Below, piece after piece: positions 1 through 9,400 of a DNA stretch of 64,000 bases. The DNA comes from Candidatus Poribacteria bacterium (GTDB taxonomy: Bacteria > Poribacteria > WGA-4E > WGA-3G): positions 3,552,001 to 3,616,000 of the forward strand of contig OZ244048.1 of the NCBI GenBank assembly GCA_965215265.1, written 5' to 3'. The notes beneath the pieces are model-generated. The model was not told where the DNA came from. It was given only the letters and a program-made list of their open reading frames with translations, and searched no databases. Position 1 is the stretch's first letter; each line of letters starts with the position of its first letter. A program made the translations under genes and the position numbers.

Positions 1-954
1 TCTGACGGCATTGAGTAAGTAGCTACCGGCATCTTCGTCCTTGCTAGTATTCTGCCCCTTGGAGGTGCTGAGTAACGCGGTTTCGTTTGGGCTTTCGATG
101 CCGAGGAATACCATGTTGAACCCTGCATCGCTCATTGCGTCGAGCATTTCTGGTATTTCTACGAGGTTGACGCTGGCTTCGGTGTAAAGTGCGAAAGGGT
201 ACTGGCGTTTTTCTTGCCATTCTTGGACGGCAGGTAGGAGCCGCATGGCATCGCGCTTATTCCCTATGAAGTTATCGTCAACGACGAACATGGCACCGGA
301 CCAGCCGAGCTGGTATAGCATCTCAAATTCAGCCAGCATCTGCTCATTGGTTTTCGTGCGCGGAACTCTGCCGAAGAGTTTAGTGATGTCACAGAATTCA
401 CAGTTGAAGGGGCATCCGCGTGAAAATTGGAGTGCCATAGAACCATAGGCGTTGATATTAATCAGATCGTAGCGTGGTAAGGGTGCAATAGTAATAGATG
501 GCTTGCGTTTTTCGGGGTAAACGTCTTTAGCATTCCCGCTCTCGAAATCGGTTAAGAATTCTTCAAAGGTCTCCTCGACTTCCCCGAAAAGAAAGTGATC
601 TACGGTTCCGTTGCACTCTTCTCGAATGTTATCATGGTAAGAGGTCGGGTGTGGTCCGCCTGCGATGATCGGAATTCCGGCACGGTTGCATCGCTGCACG
701 ACCCCGTAGAAGGAGTCTTTCTGAACGATCATGGTTGAGGTAAGCACAACATCTGCCCACTCAAGGTGCGTGTCGGTGAGCGGTTCTATGTTCATATCAA
801 CGACTTTGAGCCGGTAGTTGTTGGGGAACATGCCGGCGATAGTTAATAAGCCGAGGGGTGGCATTGAGGATTTCTTTCCCAAAAATTCTAAGGCGTATTT
901 AAAGCCCCAATATGATGGTGGGAACTTCGGATAAACAAATAGGGCATTTGGCAT
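1..954 (-). CDS. B12-binding-domain radical SAM protein (DUF4070-type), 3' end beyond the window
   Basis: Manual translation from ATG 954: MPNALFVYPKFPPSYWGF...PPLGLLTIA...AGGPHPT...SRGCPFNCEFCDI (CxxxCxxC). Absent from the ORF track because it runs off the edge. Confidence 0.85.
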   Translation of the reverse strand, partial: MPNALFVYPKFPPSYWGFKYALEFLGKKSSMPPLGLLTIAGMFPNNYRLKVVDMNIEPLTDTHLEWADVVLTSTMIVQKDSFYGVVQRCNRAGIPIIAGGPHPTSYHDNIREECNGTVDHFLFGEVEETFEEFLTDFESGNAKDVYPEKRKPSITIAPLPRYDLININAYGSMALQFSRGCPFNCEFCDITKLFGRVPRTKTNEQMLAEFEMLYQLGWSGAMFVVDDNFIGNKRDAMRLLPAVQEWQEKRQYPFALYTEASVNLVEIPEMLDAMSDAGFNMVFLGIESPNETALLSTSKGQNTSKDEDAGSYLLNAVR

Positions 955-1302
955 AATCTGTGTGCATCTCCAATTTTAATCACTCTGAATTCTATAATAT
1001 CATTGGTTAAGATGGTATTACCTATAAATAAAAATAGATTTTAACACCCCGACCTCGTCACTTACCCTCGGGGTATTCCATGTTCAAGAACGAATTACAA
1101 TTGCACTTTATTCTTCACGACAGTACAAAGGGGTTCAATTCTCTTAAAGACAGTTTGTCAGAACCCAATGTGCTTAATAGGATACCACAATTTCCGTTTT
1201 TTTGCAATTCTTTTTGACGTTTACTTGTCTAGAACGTTTACGAAATAAGTTGGGTTCACGTTTCAAGCTGCTAAGATGTTAAAGTGAAATAGCTAATTAC
1301 TA

Positions 1303-2418
1303 ACCTAAGTTGCCAGCTATAAAAAAGTTGTAAATCCATGGGTTCTCCTTTATAGTGTTTATATCACAATAAAACCAAAGGAGCCCCCATGGACTTAACT
1401 ATTGTAGCAGTTTATACCCTTTGTGACGCTCCTTTACTCTCACTCGGACATCAAGAACATCTACAAACACAGATGACAGATGCAGAAGTGATGACTACCG
1501 CCCTTGTCGCCGCCAGAGACTTCGCAGGCACTCATCAAAATGCATGTTCTGCTTTGAAGACGCTCGGCTATATTCCAAATAGGCACCGAGCGTCTCGATA
1601 CAATCGTAGACTTCATCGAATCACACCGCTGTTTGAGGCACTCTTTGAACATCTCGCTCAAACCGCCAAAACGGAGAACGACAATAACATCTATTCGGTG
1701 GATACCTTTGCTGTCGCAGTCTGTGATAATATCCGTTTTTGTATATCTCCGTAAAGAATTGTCCCTGCTTGCAGGGTGAATTCTTGTCCGTCAACGCTTA
1801 TGATTTTGTTAAATCGTGTGTAAATTTCGTAGGAGATTCCCTTAGGCATAGCATAAAGCAAGCGGCTCTGGCGAGATTTTCACAGGGTTGTAAATAGCAG
1901 CAGCCTTTATTGGGCTGAAATATACGACATTTCTCGGTTTCGCAGGTATCAAGGCGAAGCCTACCTAGGGAAGATTGCCAGCAAACGGCGGCATTTCTAT
2001 GGGCTCAAAGTCCATCTGATGGTGTCTGAATCAGGGGCTATCGTTGAAGCTTTCTTCACACCGGGGAGCAGTAACGATGTGCTTGGCATGCGGTGTTATC
2101 GTTTTTACCTGCCTGCGGGTTCCGTGATGGACACCGATAAAGCATATTGCAACTATGCCATTGAAGATGCCCTGGGGGATATAGAGATTATGTTCAAACC
2201 GTTACGGAAGAAGAATGCCAAACGGCAGTATCCGCCGCCTGAAGTCTATCTACACCAGTCTTACAGAAAACGCGTTGAAGTGACAAAGAGTCTTGTTGAA
2301 AAACTCTTACCGAAGTCTATCCACGCGGTGGCGGCCCACGGATTTGAACTGAAACTTCTTTTATTTCTCATCGCCATAAATATAAAAATGCGATTTAAAG
2401 ATTCGTGGCAATCTAGGT
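1303..2418 (+). mobile_element. IS982-family insertion sequence, inactivated
   Basis: Imperfect terminal IRs ACCTAAGTTGCCA (1303) and TGGCAATCTAGGT (2418) flank an IS982-type DDE transposase. Confidence 0.85.
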
Positions 2419-2426
2419 TAATTTAA
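1389..2426 (+). pseudogene. IS982 transposase split by a 192-bp repeat insertion
   Basis: MTDAEVMT, SRYNRRLH and VDTFAVAVCDNIR, then the insert, then ISRFRRYQGEAYLGKIASKRRHFYGLKVHL, DKAY and RKRVE in the same frame. The insert 1737-1928 carries a stop codon. Confidence 0.85.
1737..1928. repeat. R1 inverted pair (MITE-like composite) with a nested R2 hairpin
   Basis: Left arm TTTTGTATATCTCCGTA...GTGTGTAAATTTCGT; right arm GGCGAGATTT...GGGCTGAAATATACG; nested hairpin AAGAATTGTCCCTGCTTGCAGGGTGAATTCTT. Same layout as 37441-37600. Confidence 0.85.
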
Positions 2427-2493
2427 TGTAAAAGGACACATAGCACAACGCTTAGCGTCTCAAAATCAGGATACGGAAGATAAAATCACAACG

Positions 2494-2567
2494 ATGTTAA
2501 CAATTGGTAACCTCCACATCCCCATTTTCCCCTCCTCCTTGCACCGATGGAAGATGTAAGCGATACG
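2494..2567 (+). pseudogene. dusB: 5' fragment of a tRNA-dihydrouridine synthase (DusB-like)
   Basis: MLTIGNLHI, a 1-nt frameshift, then HFPLLLAPMEDVSD matching the Dus N-terminal LAPM motif. Similarity stops after this. Confidence 0.6.
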
Positions 2568-2758
2568 ATACGGCTGCGCACTCCTATTGTCCAATCGCAT
2601 CATAGAATTTCATCAGAATTTCTCCGATTGATTGCGGGTGCATTTGTTGTAACCTTAATGATACTTTTTATCTGTTAAGATTGCAAGAAAAAAAATGAGC
2701 AAACGTTGACTTTTTTGCATACGCGCCCCCAATTCGCATTTTTTTGCAGAAAATGTTA

Positions 2759-2900
2759 AAAAATGATGATTTCTCCGAAAAAAAAGGATCTTTTGTTCGA
2801 CCCGGCTTGCATTTTTTTACGTCTTGTTCAGAAAAATGATCATTTTTCTGAAAAAACGGGTCTTTTGTTCGACCCGGCTTGCATTTTCCTACGTCTTGTT
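2759..2900 (+). repeat. 72-bp tandem duplication upstream of the ECF sigma gene; possible duplicated ECF promoter
   Basis: TCTTTTGTTCGACCCGGCTTGCATTTT..TACGTCTTGTT at 2789 and 2861. Each copy has GACCC-N16-CGTCTT. Confidence 0.75.
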
Positions 2901-3033
2901 ATTATGAAAGGCGCAGGAAAATACGAGCGAAAAATCGCCAAATGTGAAAAAACGGTGACTTCCTGCGACAAATTTAATCACTTGTAAGGTGGCGGGACAT
3001 ATTTCACTTTTTCCGACACCTTAAGAATAGCAC

Positions 3034-3618
3034 ATGGAACCTGAAACTTTGACAACGAATTCAGACACTCACTTACTTGAACGCATCCAAAAAGGGGACG
3101 ATACCGCCCTCGTAGCACTCATTGAAAGGTATAAACCTTTGATGATGACTATCGTGCGCGGTGAAGTCCCGGCTTATGCGGTAGAGGATGTGTATTTAGA
3201 TGCGCGTGCGGCGATGGTGGTTCGGTTTCGCAGGAATCCCGACGGCATCCGCACCGTGGACAAGTGGGTGAAGCAGGTGACGCGGAGCAAATGTCTCGAG
3301 TTCGGGCGGCAGCTTGCCAAAGAACAGGATGTGCGTGCTATTGCCGAAGACCTCTATAAAGCCGCAGAGGAGCGAGAGTTGCACCGGCATCTGTCTCGGG
3401 ACGTGCCTGATGAAGAAGAGGCGATGGCGGTTATCAAGGCACTAGGTTCCAAGTCTGTAGAAGTAGCCGTATTGCGTGCGGCGGGTTACACGTTGTCGGA
3501 GATAGGCAAACGGCTGAGAATTCCGAAGGACACGGCGAAGTCACGCTGGTGGAAGATTCGTGAGCGTGTTCATGAACATTTCGGATTGCCGTTTCCACCG
3601 AAAAACGAGAAGTCCTAA
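3034..3618 (+). CDS. ECF-type RNA polymerase sigma factor
   Basis: LLERIQKGDDTALVALIERY (region 2) and GYTLSEIGKRLRIPKDTAKSR (region 4 HTH). Confidence 0.8.
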   Translation: MEPETLTTNSDTHLLERIQKGDDTALVALIERYKPLMMTIVRGEVPAYAVEDVYLDARAAMVVRFRRNPDGIRTVDKWVKQVTRSKCLEFGRQLAKEQDVRAIAEDLYKAAEERELHRHLSRDVPDEEEAMAVIKALGSKSVEVAVLRAAGYTLSEIGKRLRIPKDTAKSRWWKIRERVHEHFGLPFPPKNEKS

Positions 3619-3785
3619 CGCGATTCAGGCTGCTTCCGGTTTATCCCTTTTTTGGATTCAAAAGGGGGAATGTATATTCACTTTCGTTGATTTATTTTGA
3701 TGCAGTGGACGTGTTATACTGAGTCACGGCGCCTCCTAATCAAAATGAGCGCTCTCATCTTTACCGTCCACAAGGAAAATCACTC

Positions 3786-4472
3786 ATGTTAAAGAACTAT
3801 TGGAAAACCGTCGCTGGTATGCTTCTCGTGCTGGTCCTCGGAGCGACAGGATATTTCCTCTGGTACCAACATCGGATGGCGCAGCTCCATGCGAACCCTG
3901 TCAAAATCTACAAGGGTACGATACGAGAAGCGACCGTGGTGCCAACCGCCACACCCTCTGCCGAGGCAGAGACTGTGCAAGGCGGGCATTGGCCTGGCGA
4001 GGAATGGCAGAGTGAATCACACACGATATCGCAACAGACAGATACTGTTGACACCATCGATACAACTGATGACACGATCGATACAGAGGAGATCGTTCCT
4101 TTTGAACCAACGGTTGAGGCGGATGTGCCTTGGGAAGAAACCGCAGAAGCCGAGCGGCTTTCACAGACATTGCTTCAGGATTGGAATGATTACTCCCAAA
4201 CTTTACTAGAGAAGTATCCAGCGATTTTTGATCCGGATGTACTTGAAAGAATGGCTCAGACTCAGGAGGGAAGAGCCTCGCTCAAATTACAAGCTGAATC
4301 TATGATAGAGGAGACTTTAGGTGAATTTGAGCGTCTGTTTAATCAACTTCCGAGAGAATTTGCACACGAAGTGCTTGATGTTTTGGAAGTTGAATTTCAA
4401 CAAAACCCACAAGGATTGCCCCCAGAATATATTCACCGAGCGCTAGGTAGAATGCGGGCAAGACTGAATTAA
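3786..4472 (+). CDS. Membrane-anchored hypothetical protein
   Basis: N-terminal TM helix, QGGHWPGEEW motif, acidic linker and helical C-terminus. AAGGA RBS. Confidence 0.7.
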   Translation: MLKNYWKTVAGMLLVLVLGATGYFLWYQHRMAQLHANPVKIYKGTIREATVVPTATPSAEAETVQGGHWPGEEWQSESHTISQQTDTVDTIDTTDDTIDTEEIVPFEPTVEADVPWEETAEAERLSQTLLQDWNDYSQTLLEKYPAIFDPDVLERMAQTQEGRASLKLQAESMIEETLGEFERLFNQLPREFAHEVLDVLEVEFQQNPQGLPPEYIHRALGRMRARLN

Positions 4473-4482
4473 TGGAGGTTAT

Positions 4483-4956
4483 ATGATGATTAGAGATTTT
4501 CATAAGACAAAAACACGAAGAAGCCTGGGAGTCGGTCTGCTGATGGTTTTCATGATAATGATAACACTGTCCCCCGTTTTTTCCGACGACTGGAGAGATT
4601 GGGTGGGTCACGGCGTAGCGGTTGTTGGCCTAGGGGTGGCTGTCGCCGGTACAGCTGTGACATCCCCTGTATGGGGACCTGCACTTACTGTTGGTGGATT
4701 TTGTGCGGCCGCGGTCGGTATAGGTATAGGTATCTTGGATACAATGGATGACTCCGATGAGGATGAGACTTGTAGTCGTTGTAATGTGACATATGCACGA
4801 GGGACGGATCATTATTGTATATATGATCATATAGATGAAGAGCATGGCGGTGATGAGTCTTCCGAAGGCTCTTACGGTTATAGTACTGGGGGTTACGGCT
4901 ATTGCCCCAATGGTCATTATTATTCTGGAGTACATTCCTGTTACAGTAGTGATTAA
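4483..4956 (+). CDS. Secreted hypothetical protein with a Gly-rich hydrophobic hairpin and a Cys/His-rich tail
   Basis: Signal-like N-terminus, GVAVVGLGVAVAG and AAAVGIGIG, CSRC..HYC and CPNGH..HSC. GGAGG RBS. Confidence 0.7.
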   Translation: MMIRDFHKTKTRRSLGVGLLMVFMIMITLSPVFSDDWRDWVGHGVAVVGLGVAVAGTAVTSPVWGPALTVGGFCAAAVGIGIGILDTMDDSDEDETCSRCNVTYARGTDHYCIYDHIDEEHGGDESSEGSYGYSTGGYGYCPNGHYYSGVHSCYSSD

Positions 4957-5065
4957 AGTCGTGAATAGTCGTGAGTTTACCTAGGTCGGGATGATTGCAC
5001 TTTTGGCTGCTTGTGCAAGTGACTTCGCCTGTACTCTTGCATCTATTGGCAGAAAAGAAAGATTT

Positions 5066-5113
5066 AAAAGTATACCTCTAAACATTTTCTTTAATGTTTA
5101 GAGGTATACTTTT
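5066..5113. terminator. Perfect 21-bp inverted repeat, likely intrinsic terminator
   Basis: AAAAGTATACCTCTAAACATT-ttcttt-AATGTTTAGAGGTATACTTTT followed by a T-tract. Confidence 0.6.
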
Positions 5114-5161
5114 TCTTTTTTGCCTGGCTCAGTATATTACATTATTTATTCGGGCGGATTT

Positions 5162-5208
5162 CAGGTGACGCGGAGCAAGTGTCTCGATTTCGGGCGGCAT
5201 CTTGCCAA
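5162..5208 (+). repeat. 47-bp copy of ECF sigma segment 3274-3320
   Basis: 44/47 identical; all three differences fall at third codon positions. Confidence 0.8.
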
Positions 5209-5409
5209 TGGCACCATCGGCATAAACAACGCAGCGTAGGTACATGTCTTAATTATCGGGCTAGTGGTACTAGGCAACATCGTCTTCTTCATTCAGAAAG
5301 GACGACAGAAAAAGCAAAAACCTTGAATCGGCAGGAACGGATTGGGGCTTTACGGGGATGAGGCTTTCTGCGGTGATATTAACATCGTGTGCCTCTTTTC
5401 TTTTTAATA

Positions 5410-5418
5410 TGCTATAAT
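5410..5418 (+). promoter_or_regulatory. Extended -10 promoter element
   Basis: TGCTATAAT about 60 bp upstream of ATG 5480. Confidence 0.45.
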
Positions 5419-5479
5419 TGCTATGTTTAATAAGATAGCAAAATAGTGTTTTTAAATTATAGCAGAATGGGGGTTTGAC

Positions 5480-6202
5480 ATGGCTCGCTTATCCATGATT
5501 GGAAATCATATTGAAAGTTTATTGTCTTTGTGTAAGAAGACACAAAAAATTGCGACGTTGTCGCGTGCGACGGGAGTCTCTGTGCATACGCTTTATCGCT
5601 GGCGTGATCGTGGGAAGTTAGAGGTATCAGGTCTTTATAGGGCTTTTTATGATGCGTTGACTTCGCCAGTAGGTGGCAGTAGCGGTGATGGCAAACTTGT
5701 AGAGCCGACGACGGCGAAAATTACATTAGAGCGAATAGATGCAATACTTGAAAAAGTCAAAATTGGCATGAGCTGGGATGCTATCGCACATGCTGTTGGG
5801 GTTTCGGCGGCGACGTTGTATCGGTGGATGCAGCGTGAGGGAACCGAACAGGCGGGGCTCTATCGCGAATTTTATGATAGGCTTGCTGAGTTGAAAATGA
5901 GTACAGAGTTATCTTTGATTGATTCGGTTATGAATAATGCTGTAGAAAGACAGGAGACTTTTACGAACAAGACGGTTACTAAAACAAAAGAGGGGAGGGT
6001 TGAATTTACATCAACCTCGAAGCCACCTAATGCTGAAATGGCTTTGAAAATGATGGAACGTATTAATCCTGTATTCTGGGCACCGATTGTGCCTCATCGT
6101 GTTGATGTTGATTGGGAGAAGACTGTGCGCGAGCAAGGTGGGGATCCGCGTGAGATTGAGGAGTTTGTTCGGTCGGAATTGGAGAAGGAGGGTTTAATTT
6201 AG
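5480..6202 (+). CDS. Tandem-HTH protein resembling phage terminase small subunits
   Basis: Two repeats, GVSVHTLYRWRDRG..GLYRAFYDAL and GVSAATLYRWMQRE..GLYREFYDRL. MALKMMERINPVFW resembles the AAAWxLERxxPxxW motif of TerS-like proteins (recalled, not searched). Confidence 0.65.
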   Translation: MARLSMIGNHIESLLSLCKKTQKIATLSRATGVSVHTLYRWRDRGKLEVSGLYRAFYDALTSPVGGSSGDGKLVEPTTAKITLERIDAILEKVKIGMSWDAIAHAVGVSAATLYRWMQREGTEQAGLYREFYDRLAELKMSTELSLIDSVMNNAVERQETFTNKTVTKTKEGRVEFTSTSKPPNAEMALKMMERINPVFWAPIVPHRVDVDWEKTVREQGGDPREIEEFVRSELEKEGLI

Positions 6203-6449
6203 AGTCAATGCATCGAACGGCTCAGACGAGATTTACACACGAGCTATCAAAACATAGATGTTGATGGTACGGAGATATAGAAATAAGCGTTGATTGGGAG
6301 AAAACGGTGCGGGATCAGGGTGGGGATCCTGCGGAGATTGAGGAGCTTGCGAGGAAGGTGATTGAGGAATCATAACCTAGTGAGGCTCAGACGAGATTTA
6401 CACACGAGTACCCACGACATAAGCGTTGATGGTACGGAGATATACGAGA
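6188..6449 (+). repeat. Two R1 copies separated by a diverged duplicate of the HTH gene 3' end
   Basis: GACGAGATTTACACACGAG...GTTGATGGTACGGAGATATA occurs twice. 6289-6375 encodes VDWEKTVRDQGGDPAEIEELARKVIEES*. Confidence 0.9.
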
Positions 6450-6453
6450 AGTC

Positions 6454-9400
6454 TTACTTAAGAACGACTATCTTCCCAACCTTTTGTTTTCGCTTATCGT
6501 CTTTACGTGCTGTGAACTTATAGAGATATACACCGTTTGCGAGCGGTTCTCCATCTGCATCTATGCCATCGTAGTGGAATTCGTTGTAAGAGACAGATGC
6601 ATCCAAGGTATCAATGGTAGAGATGAGGCGTCCGGTGAGGGTATAAATCTTGAGGCTGACCTGGTCAGCCCTTTCGGTGAGGTAATAGGCGAAATCAGTG
6701 CCGCGCCCGGGTCGGAAAGGATTGGGGAAATTCGCTATATTTTTAATTGCGAACTCGCCGGCTACGTTAGCTGTGTGCTCTGTGGAGGCGGGATTTCCGT
6801 TTGCATCTTGTGCTTGCAACCGGATGCGATATTCGCCTGCTTCTAAAACAGGTGTATAGGTTACGAGCAACACCCGGCTATTGACAGGTGACGAAGCGAT
6901 AACATACTCATCTTGTGGTACGCGCGCGCCGTTCTTCGTGATGAGAAGGTTTTCAGTCCGTGGATCTATTCCATTCGCATCCTCAATCCTCGCAGAGATA
7001 GTGGGGCTTTTGGAGACATAATCCCCATCAATAAAACCTTGATGTTCAACGGTCATCTCAAGTATGGGGGGGCGGGAATCTGCGTGGGATAACAGGGCAA
7101 ACGTCCCTGGCAGTGTAACTTGAGTTGAGATCTTCTCATCCGTGAGGGTTTCATTGCCGATGCGAATCCAATTGCGTGTCTCGGCATGGAGCATATAGAT
7201 GTGCGCGTCTGAATTTGCAGGTTTTATGAAGGAGGCTGTTGCCTTCAATTCGGCTGGCTCATTCACCGAAAAATGATAGGCTACGGAAGCATCTGCGACT
7301 GTTTCCCCGGAAGCATTTATCTCCACGATGGGAAAAATATCCGGCTGATTTGCAATGGATAATTCTCTTTGTTCAAACGTCATGACGGTGCTACTTTGAA
7401 GGCTTTCAGGCGAAACAGAGAGGTGCAAGGCCCCATCTACGCTTGTGATTTCGCGGTGTTTGGGTGTGAGCAGGATGCGATTGTTTTTAAACTGTCGTGC
7501 TGCGATGTTATTAAGTTCCCTGCGTTCAATAATATTCCCTTTTGGATGTGCTTGAGACGGCAGGTCAATAACAACCGTGACGAGGTAGTTTCCGAGTGGC
7601 GGCTGCCAGGGTACACTGACGATAACATGAGTCTCTGGTAGTACTTCCGCGAGCATCTGAACCTCGCCAATTTGAGTAGCATTTTGAAGTGCTTCAAGAG
7701 TCGGCGTGGTGGTTCCGGTATCTGCTTGTGTAGGCATTTGAAAAAAGTGCACCGATACATCTCGTGCGGGCATAGTGGCTCGGTTGCGGATTTGCGCCGA
7801 AAGTGTAAAGGGAGGTTCTATGTTCCAAGCAATCGTTTCCTGCAAAATCGTTAAGTCAACGTCAATCAAACCGAATTCATAAGTTTCTATTTCTGTTTGA
7901 AAGGTTTTCCCGCCGCGCACTTCGACTTCCAAGTAGTAGTCAATCAATTCTCTTGCCGGATAACCAGGGATCGGCTGCTCGCTTCTATAGGTTGAACCCG
8001 TGTGTTGGACAACCGGGATTGTTTCAAATTCAAAACCATCTAAGCTCCAAAAGAGTGTCATTGCTTCAATATCATTCTTGTTTCGCACCTCTGTGTAAAG
8101 ATGTACAGGTTGTTCTGGTTCAACGGGGTAAGGGACAATTCGGACGTTATCAAGGTATCGTTGTAGTGCATTATAATTTGCGTAACCGATGGCATCTTCC
8201 TCAGTGTTCCATGCGTAGGCTTGTATGTTTCCGTTATCAAATTGGCTATTCGCTGGCAGTAGGATTTCCGTGGTGAATTGTCCATTTACGACAGGGACAG
8301 TTTCTCGTTCTGGGGGTGGAGGTTCTATTTCTGTATCTCTTGAAGACTGGAGCGATCTTGGGAAGACAACAATTTCTGCGTTTCCGGTAAAATTGTGGTT
8401 GGCGAGTGCGCCGGAAACCATCATCGAGGTTTGATCTATATCTGCTGTTAGCTTCATCTGTGTATGCGGCAATCTGAGCTGAGTTGCGGGATCCCCGAAG
8501 AGTGTGAAAACTTCGGCGAGGTCAAAATAACTCGGTGCGTTAATAAGAAATAGCGTTTTGGCTTCGGCGAGGATGGCCCCAATATGCGATGTCTTATCCT
8601 TAAAGATAACGTCAAAAATAGCGCGATTGAGAATATAGTCTCCATCTAGCAATCCGATGCTGGTTCCGCCAATGACTGCAATAGCACCTCCATTTTGTGA
8701 GCGTAGCAATTCCTCAGCAAGGCAGCTGCTGTTACCATCAAAGTGAGCTGTGTAACAAGTCATACTGATAACAAAGGGGAGTTGCGCGATATTGGTTAGG
8801 TTCTGTTCAGGATCTTCCAGATCTAGCATGCGAGAAGATGACCAGACACCGCCGGCGCCATGGCCGATATAGTTAACAATGCTGACACCGTCATTGAATG
8901 CATCAATCACTTGTCTACCAACAAACAGATTGTTCTGCTCGCTAGCCGTTTCGGTTTGTGTAATTGGGGCATAGATGGGCGTAATTTCATATTTGGAACG
9001 GATCTCATTCTGTTTAAGCAGCCCCTCGGTTTGGCTGTGAAACCGCCAATCTGTGCCGGCGAGCATGAGGAGTCGCTTCTGCCAGGGGCCGATCTCGGCG
9101 TTGGTTTCATAGTTAATGGCATGCTCAACGAATGTCCGCACGTCAACGCGATTGGTTGCAGGTATCCTTCCAATGAGCATATCAGGAAAACTATCGTCGC
9201 CTCTGAAGGTTACGAATTGATGGTCGCTGGCACTTGAGCCGTATCCTGGAATTTGCACTTGTATCGTGGGTACAAAATTAGGGTGTGTTTTGGGACTGTT
9301 ATGCGTATCTCCTACCAGAAACACGTAGGTTGGCGCAGGGGGCTGCCAATTTTGGTAGGCATATTTAAGGAATTCTCTAACGGCGTACGGATTGACAATA

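Noticed and set aside
5480-6202. Intact prophage
   Set aside because: No large terminase, portal, capsid, tail or integrase genes nearby.
6090-6375. Duplicated gene tail as a DGR template/variable repeat pair
   Set aside because: Differences are not confined to adenines, many are synonymous, and no reverse transcriptase is in the window.
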